Below, piece after piece: positions 40,801 to 41,344 of a stretch of 41,344 nucleotides of DNA. The notes under the pieces were generated by a model. It saw nothing but the letters and a program-made list of their open reading frames with translations. It had not been told where the DNA came from and did no database searches. Made by a program: the position numbers and the translations under genes. Within the stretch, counting starts at the first letter, position 1, and every line of letters begins with the position of its first letter. The stretch is from a virus. The stretch spans positions 1-41,344 of the IMG/VR virus record IMGVR_UViG_3300022538_000145, one strand, 5' to 3'.

Positions 40801-41344
40801 GCCTACAGCCACGTTGCTGACGACTTCCTGTGCTACCTCAGTGGCTACCTCGGAAAACTGGACAATAGTAAAGTTACGCCCAAACTTGAGAATAGTCTCT
40901 GCCAGTGTCTTCTTGCTCAACTCTGAGATAGCCCTACGCTTGAACTGGCCAAATAGCAATGGGCTTATCTGTCTCAGTAGCGGTATCCTGCCGGCACTTT
41001 CAAGCAGGCCCATGATGGCTCCGGATATCGCCGCCAGTTCAGCAGCTTTATCTTCGGGAGCCCCAGCGTTTACCAGATCCTCATAGACTGCCTGGCCCTC
41101 GACCGGCGCCATAATAGCCGCCGTACCCAACATCATCGGCAGACCAACACCGCCGGTAGCTACCGCCATAGCGGAAGCCGTGATAATAAACGGCATAATA
41201 TTTGCCAGTTCATAGATATAATACTTATAGTCTTTTAGTAACTCTGGATGCTGGTAGGCCCCTTCTTGATAAGCAATCGGGGCTGCCATCTCCGGATTCT
41301 TGGCTACCCATTTCTGATATTCCTCTTTGTTCTTGCCATAGAGA
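34885..41344 (-). CDS. Giant virion-associated protein, main and C-terminal part. The frame stays open to the right window edge and continues at 1490..1.
   Basis: The track ORF 34885..41289 is 2134 aa, and the frame stays open upstream to 41344. Hydrophobic segments lie at about 41101-41202 (IMPFIITASAMAVATGGVGLPMMLGTAAIMAPV) and about 37810-37872 (AALFVSTLGGIVLMGAMAGWW). A tandem ~105-aa duplication lies at 35865-36575. Confidence 0.85.
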   Translation of the reverse strand, partial: LYGKNKEEYQKWVAKNPEMAAPIAYQEGAYQHPELLKDYKYYIYELANIMPFIITASAMAVATGGVGLPMMLGTAAIMAPVEGQAVYEDLVNAGAPEDKAAELAAISGAIMGLLESAGRIPLLRQISPLLFGQFKRRAISELSKKTLAETILKFGRNFTIVQFSEVATEVAQEVVSNVAVGFYDENRSILDNLPDIAVKTAVATLLPSGLAAGVSVRMVSPLEQSGLSEIQKKARGWLKDEKGNWFEQLKKVVRDERGSLRLVPEESEAELAKKRKALLVRERRGQDVSAEIFEVDQKIAALRGEPTIEGRAQIKYGIDVSKASEAEYVKAGLASHKESLKGTGFPLNIKEQTRILKEEYQALKVEPVAPITETGAQIAKEVGIRYDGIQEGLGMQFTDPVTGTTFYAQSVAEAERKLAEKRALFAEPGMPEAGVQRGMFGEERVVRPPGRGRITQISMEDQLKLKEYEQAAAAYEAEAEVAGLREFLATDPVARKRIQIAGKKVGLDFFISLREQTFPEYFTVKQAEQLYPDHSFAKYAQKGVPEYNKVPKDEALDDLTKEFGLSPDEIAERVMRIREAKRKIKAVKVSAAEISRSVPEIKPKDIVLSPTGERMLTPAQRTRTLEVFGNYVMGAKAIDAWALTEELRRETKTGQAENLKARAQELMIQEGMPAEEAIKQAIKETLSGKLPVVETDYLDDLSDQMRNVLFQQVAEKMRDYPFEMAATYTALVNALPQRDEAGKLIRHARAIPRKKGPGSILFPEGGSAWDRLNYVFGEQPQVMKALDTISKEGRTIEEVVEGVFHEIGRDYVPIDADMAEYLRTLSGIPFGYRTMMEPAFEIPVVQDLRTEGDLAFAISELDLSQQLAEGKITFDEFQLKRMEARDRAYPLPPVAKYEVPIDNAIKELPLWPTPATDIVIRALKELGMAPVDIGNFLRANKASFDFSFWRQQAPLIVSHPISFALANVEAWKAIWSQKSAEASWSRITQDPLYQFYEVCEEAGGDFLRPLIIQKGTGQWRGTEEFGYAKGVERILPRFTAWLPHVRVSQRAFETGTNEHNWLIFKNYYKAMLKLSAQYASGKKTLKPGQAFDIKQEMIAFSKSLANFTARGSLGKYQIAAPALSAMFFAPRMAIGRILSITDLLNANPRVRTEAWKNAALFVSTLGGIVLMGAMAGWWEVERDPRSAEYMSIRIGKTRVDPWGGFRQFLVFFTRAITGTGVSSVTGAEYKPDPLDLIQNLLRGKAAPLMSLLLDFWKGRNFVGEEVDVKNKEQWAERIAPFAVWDIYEAYRDDPVTALEVAIPAIVGAGVQTYTGDWVDNFPKLGLPKYTDSLPYGVRTPYYTTEDFWADTASQFKGVDPATKTATKGFPEYIRAIAEARAIKERQSILPNEKLFKVNADAAKGTTFAQYYQMWREREALVATGDEEKLKEWDADERHNKVYLGNISQQQFSLLMEYHSITDEDLKAEFLEKHEAEIGINPRLDYLRSHPSENAQLAIWGQAELMSKAAYEEFLTLQKILDIPDNGLPTMILPSEASADNYFEREAAVQEFGAMSAEAMIVLARDPELLKWYQDEALKMGADALNKPPQPERYYELKVKNRAEREYYKTLLDKDSPEYIEDEDDRRTAFYKEFPDSEFFDDEMRTEALSAGFDDVQIEAWVERGRLVSEYSGGSPLVKEWAFENPKAYEKALEESMLKDRGGLATEEERGHYDEWVEPAIRLQSKNVKEDAYWNELGDKNSPETYIDDMDKRRAAFLKEFPDSEYFDDLEKVEAYKAGFTDTEADLWAERGRLLGTVEPQSAEAKIWMVDHQDVFDKALDGGLLTDDGSTWNVPALRITVRWRTQDNEYNAIDGDDSEARVAYLAANPEYRMDRRRRQAYQMKNKLTGETFPEDQIENFVAYNELEAKGMRQERFLIDNPEFATAMHDVGGIDIPKPEDVPAVQYDNIYDENKADFDRLEGLADNESEHYIVDEDERERERNSMRFDNEGKYTAFGLAELRRNAYGKFVPEQYIEAYVGYYTIIGEGKPDNWKLDTGTDLWYADDWFLIENIEFYRDVYRDQFGNEKKDFSKVPSREVFNLYLDYLAQPHLKAKDDFRMANPALDAWLVLKFDYTPVSEKVRRENLTAYERFIEEWAERGGAIEERLKALRE
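41204..41344. repeat. Terminal direct repeat copy 2 (identical to 1..141).
   Basis: See copy 1. Confidence 0.95.

Noticed and set aside
34885-41344. The giant ORF as a tape measure protein.
   Set aside because: Its position between portal and scaffold is wrong for a tape measure. I recognised no tail tube, sheath or chaperone-frameshift genes. A tape measure cannot be fully excluded without profile searches.

Overview
The window is a complete, circularly assembled tailed-phage genome (Caudoviricetes-like, probably short-tailed). Bases 1-141 are identical to 41204-41344, so the unique length is about 41,203 bp. I found no rRNA, tRNA, CRISPR array, integrase or reverse transcriptase.

Gene layout, read from the ORF track plus hand translation, gives three transcription units:
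1. A leftward late unit of about 26 kb, running 7116 -> 1, across the junction, then 41203 -> 22188. It encodes a possible small terminase, an HNH endonuclease, DUF1353, a zinc ribbon, TerL, portal, a giant ~2602-aa protein, scaffold, major capsid protein, tail, tailspike and GLUG fibre proteins, and a holin-like protein. It ends at a clean intrinsic terminator at 22076-22103.
2. A leftward early unit, 21991 -> 10920. It encodes a Cro-like HTH protein, a RecT-like annealase, a deoxyribosyltransferase-like protein, DUF4373/DnaD, a DnaC-like loader, VRR-NUC, many Cys-rich small proteins, Gp37/Gp68 (DUF5131) and a PAPS-reductase-like protein.
3. A rightward accessory unit, 7558 -> 10910. It encodes an unknown protein, a Spo11/Topo VI-A-like 'mini' protein, a KTSC protein, a leaderless zinc ribbon and an HNH homing endonuclease.

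Most notable points:
- The ORF track truncates the largest gene. It wraps the contig junction and encodes about 2602 aa (about 19% of the genome), sitting between portal and scaffold, with hydrophobic segments and internal tandem duplications.
- A 296-aa protein carries the type IIB topoisomerase A/Spo11 motifs: RxxYY plus Toprim E...DxD.
- Three promoters share the architecture TTGACA-N14/15-TGaTAC. Two of them carry the operator GTATCA-N4-TGATAC, and two feed leaderless start codons.
- A 32-bp x2.5 tandem repeat block lies in the largest non-coding region, next to the HNH and terminase genes.
- A zinc-ribbon ORF is interrupted by an in-frame TAA.
- An intact-looking HNH ORF has no canonical start codon.

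All functional calls come from motif recognition by eye and gene order. No database search was run.
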